Assembly (NCBI GenBank): GCA_963693365.1
Contig: CAVNZM010000002.1
Span: 5,596,259-5,660,258 of the forward strand
From: Amoebidium appalachense
Taxonomy: Eukaryota > Protista > Ichthyosporea
Reading direction: 5' to 3'
Length of the DNA: 64,000 nt
Shown here: piece after piece, positions 36,775-64,000 of the stretch
Position numbering within the stretch: position 1 is the first letter of the stretch
Layout of the letters: each line of letters opens with the position of its first letter
Program-made: the position numbers and the translations under genes
The notes under the pieces: generated by a model
What the model saw: the letters and a program-made list of their open reading frames with translations, nothing else
Told to the model about the DNA's origin: nothing
Database searches by the model: none

Positions 36775-38099
36775 TTTTCGTTTTTAGTCTCCTTGAAAGT
36801 CTCCTTATCTCGCTCAAAGTTGAAGTGTTTCGTTTCTATATATACAACACCCTAAAGGGTTTGGGTGACCTCAGTAGCTCCAAAACAAAACATAGGATGA
36901 TGAAAATAGAGTTAGCCTTCGAATGACAAACAACCGCTTTGATCAACCAAACCGAAAAACGTCGAAGAACACGCCAACAGTCAATGAAATAAAAGAAAAA
37001 CTGTGTAGCTATAGGTAAGCTTAGAACATAACATCAGTTCGAATTCACCTTTCGATGCACCAAGTCTTCCTACTACTTTTTGTAATACTTCCCAAGTTCC
37101 AGCCTTCTGGATCCGCGTTGTAACGGTCGAAAACCAGGAGAAATACTGTATGGGTGTGAAAATCAAAGAAATCTATCGGTATATGGGGTTCTTCTTAATC
37201 TTAGGGGGGTACTTTGTCAGTTGTAAATAGACACTGGTACAGTTATAAGCTTTCTGAAAACAGAAGCAGGTTCTCCCACGTGTACACCTAGCTGCCCCAC
37301 ATTCTATCGAATCACGAACGTTCAAATCTTACCGAATAAAGAAATAGCAATAACCACATATGGCAAAAACGGGAAATCCTAATTTGGCTGGCGGGAGTTC
37401 ATTTCATTGGTTTATCCGTTATCACTAAAAACTCAGCCGCAACCGTTGAAACGAAACGAAAACGAACAAGGCCTCCTATGTACTCTGGCCTTGAAAACGA
37501 AACGACGGAAACGACTCGAGTCGAGGTGTTGCTCTCCGGTGTTTGATGTTTGTTTGATTTTCCGCTTCTTAAGCTTTTCTCCGGGAATATACTACTATTA
37601 TGCAGTGCGAAGTGTAGCACTTTGCTTATTTTCTTCTTCTTCTGGATATATTTTTCTCAACGTTGCAAAATGGTCCAACAACGCTAGTCGCTCGGAATTT
37701 ATTGATCGTCGGAGGGAGAAAAGGGCACAGTCAGGCACCGCGCATGGCAGACGAGGAGTTCGAATTTTAAAGGGATTTAAGAGCAGTTGGCAGGATACAT
37801 ATAGGAAATAAGCCTGAGCTATCCACTTAGCCTGCGAGTGAATTGGAGCACGGTATGAACGATATACCATGTTAAGGTTGTGTGGGTGTACGTTGGCTCA
37901 TTGCTGTTTCCGTAAATTTGTCGGCAAGCAATTCTTTCACGCTAAAGCCCTTTTTGCACCGAACAGTAATACAACCACAAAAAGGCCAGTTATTCAAAAC
38001 CAAAGATCCTTGTAGGTACGGTTTTCCGGCTTTAGTGTTGAAGTTTGCTCTCCTTCTGTATGTTTTGAGTCCTTCAGCCGTTTATTATCTACCGGCAAG

Positions 38100-56503
<18,404 letters not shown>

Positions 56504-56660
56504 CCCATGTCGGCGGAGTGGTTTCCTAAGTCTTTGTGGTGTATTATTTGTCTTTAACTAGAAATCCCCCCTCCCCTTCCCCCCCCTCCTCGAGTGCTTT
56601 TTAACCCCTTCAATGCCTGCTTTTGCACGAAATTATGGACTTCCTTAATTTTTTAAGTTC

Positions 56661-56720
56661 ACATAGATAAATGGTTTACGCTGTTTACTCGAGGCAACAG
56701 CGTAAACCATTTATCTATGT
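56661..56720. repeat. Perfect 25-bp inverted repeat with 10-nt loop
   Basis: ACATAGATAAATGGTTTACGCTGTT-TACTCGAGGC-AACAGCGTAAACCATTTATCTATGT. Confidence 0.95.
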
Positions 56721-57317
56721 ATAGATAAATGTTGATTTGACAAACTGTGCATGGCTCCAGATTGTGTCTACTTCTTCCGTATGTTGTATTATTTGTATTA
56801 GCGCGAGTCGAATGCCCTTACCATGCAACTTCATGCACGTGTGCACTTCCGGGGGTACGCTTATTTGCACATGATACATTCGCTAGTGCAAAAACGTACG
56901 CACTACACGCAACTAATAACTAATGCATGCATGTAAACAAACACACGCGCGCGTGATGCATGCACATCGCGAACTGTTACACGCAGACACGCACACAAAT
57001 GCACACACACGCATGCATACACTCTGTCATGCACACGCATGGACCGCGAGGCGGATGAGCACCGTGTCACACACATGCGCGCGCGATTCGATAAGGCGAG
57101 AATTCATGTGTATGCGCATGCAACAATATTATGCGATTGACTTTCACTATATTCCTACGTTTTTGTTTGTTTTATGAAAATTGCAAAATTGCCACGAAGA
57201 CCCATTCTTTATCTTCATCAGTCCTTCTGCATGTAGATAGACGCAATCCTATGTTGATATGATTATATATCCCGGTGCAACATGTACATACTACGCTGTA
57301 GATGATTAGTGCCCGTG

Positions 57318-57354
<37 letters not shown>

Positions 57355-57459
57355 AGAGGAAGACAACCTTTTACATACAGTACGGCAATGTTTTTTACTC
57401 ATGAACGGTACGAATGATCATGGAGATAAACCAGATAAATGTGCATCACCTGCAGCACC

Positions 57460-57492
<33 letters not shown>

Positions 57493-57681
57493 TCTCGCTC
57501 ACTTTACTCGGCACCAAAGAAGATGTCCGCAGTCACACCGGTTGATCAAGGCTCTTACGTAATCCCTTCGGGTTTCTCTGTCTCCCTTCGCAAGCTCTCT
57601 GTACACGTGTACGTATATCTCCTCCTGGTCCCTTCTATGGCATAAGTGTTACATGTGCACACACACACACACACACGTGCA

Positions 57682-57746
<65 letters not shown>

Positions 57747-58205
57747 ACACACCAAAAAAAATATAGTCTCGGTGCCGTACTGCGAGGGCCTCTACGCGTC
57801 GTATAAAACACGAGTGTGCATTTGTTCGCATACAGACCAAACTTATTCTTTTTTGCACATGTATGTGTAAGCCAGATAAAACCTTTGTACTGAGGCAGTT
57901 CCTCCTACAATGAATATCTCGTTGTATATCTAGATAATTCGAGGTTATCCAGTGGCTATCCCGTCAAAATATTAACCGCTATCTACAGCTCGATGTGTTT
58001 ACATTGTGGAGGGTTTTGACTCTCGATCGATGACTCGGTTTGACTTCGAAACACTTTCATGTTCGTTGCACACAGCTGTCAGCAAAAGTACTAGTGAAAA
58101 GCTACCGCCCTTTCTTCCCACGCTATAAAAATACGTTGAATTGTCTCAAGAACGGACTGGTTAGCGTTTCGGTGTGGTTTATAGGGGTCTCCCTTTTTCT
58201 TCAAC

Positions 58206-63527
<5,322 letters not shown>

Positions 63528-63613
63528 GTGAGTTTTCGCCATCCACTGTGTGTGTGTGGGTGGGTGGGTGGGTGGGTGGGTGGGTGGGTGGGGGCGTGGG
63601 CGTGTGTGCGTGT

Positions 63614-63700
<87 letters not shown>

Positions 63701-64000
63701 GTTCATATTCTGCTTTTCTGCCCTTTTTTGTGTACACACCCGGGGGGTGTTTTTTTTGGTTGGCGGGGGGAGGGGGGGGGGGGGGGGGGGGGGAAGGATA
63801 ATGGATAGTGGTGTTTTTTGGTGGTGGTGGTGGTGGTGTGCGTGTTTGGGTTTTGGGGGGGGGAAGGAGGGGGGGGGGGGGGGGGGGGGGGGGCAATATG
63901 TATTGAGATTGAAATTTGTAGGGAGGATCCCAAGGAGAGGAAACGCAAAGAGAGACACGACCCACTTGCAGTGATGGACAAGTACCTTGCAATAAAGGCG

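Overview
Eukaryotic, intron-rich genomic DNA saturated with poly-C/poly-G tracts and (CA)n/(GT)n/(GA)n microsatellites. Most ORFs in the supplied track are repeat artefacts. Splicing by hand at GT-AG sites gives: the 3' end of a probable GT34-like glycosyltransferase; an unknown Pro/Gln-rich membrane protein; asparagine synthetase; a GLUT-type sugar porter; an EFG1-like rRNA-processing factor; an SPX-domain protein fused to only about half of an SLC13/Pho87-type transporter; and the 5' part of a LENG1-like gene. There is also an intronic tRNA-Gly(CCC). The gene mix suggests a unicellular opisthokont or other protist (inference only). Main points of interest: (1) an intact Penelope-like retroelement with N-terminal GIY-YIG, CxC and RT domains (Naiad/Chlamys architecture). 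It inserts in poly-C tracts, has left many truncated pLTR copies, and carries several densely structured RNA modules in its 3' region, including a pseudoknotted, hammerhead-like but non-canonical fold. (2) An orphan, apparently spliced exon of a bacterial-type N4-cytosine/N6-adenine DNA methyltransferase beside an array of 20-bp palindromes. (3) Introns with G/GT repeats at the donor side and C/CA repeats at the acceptor side. All structures and homologies were assigned by eye and need computational confirmation.
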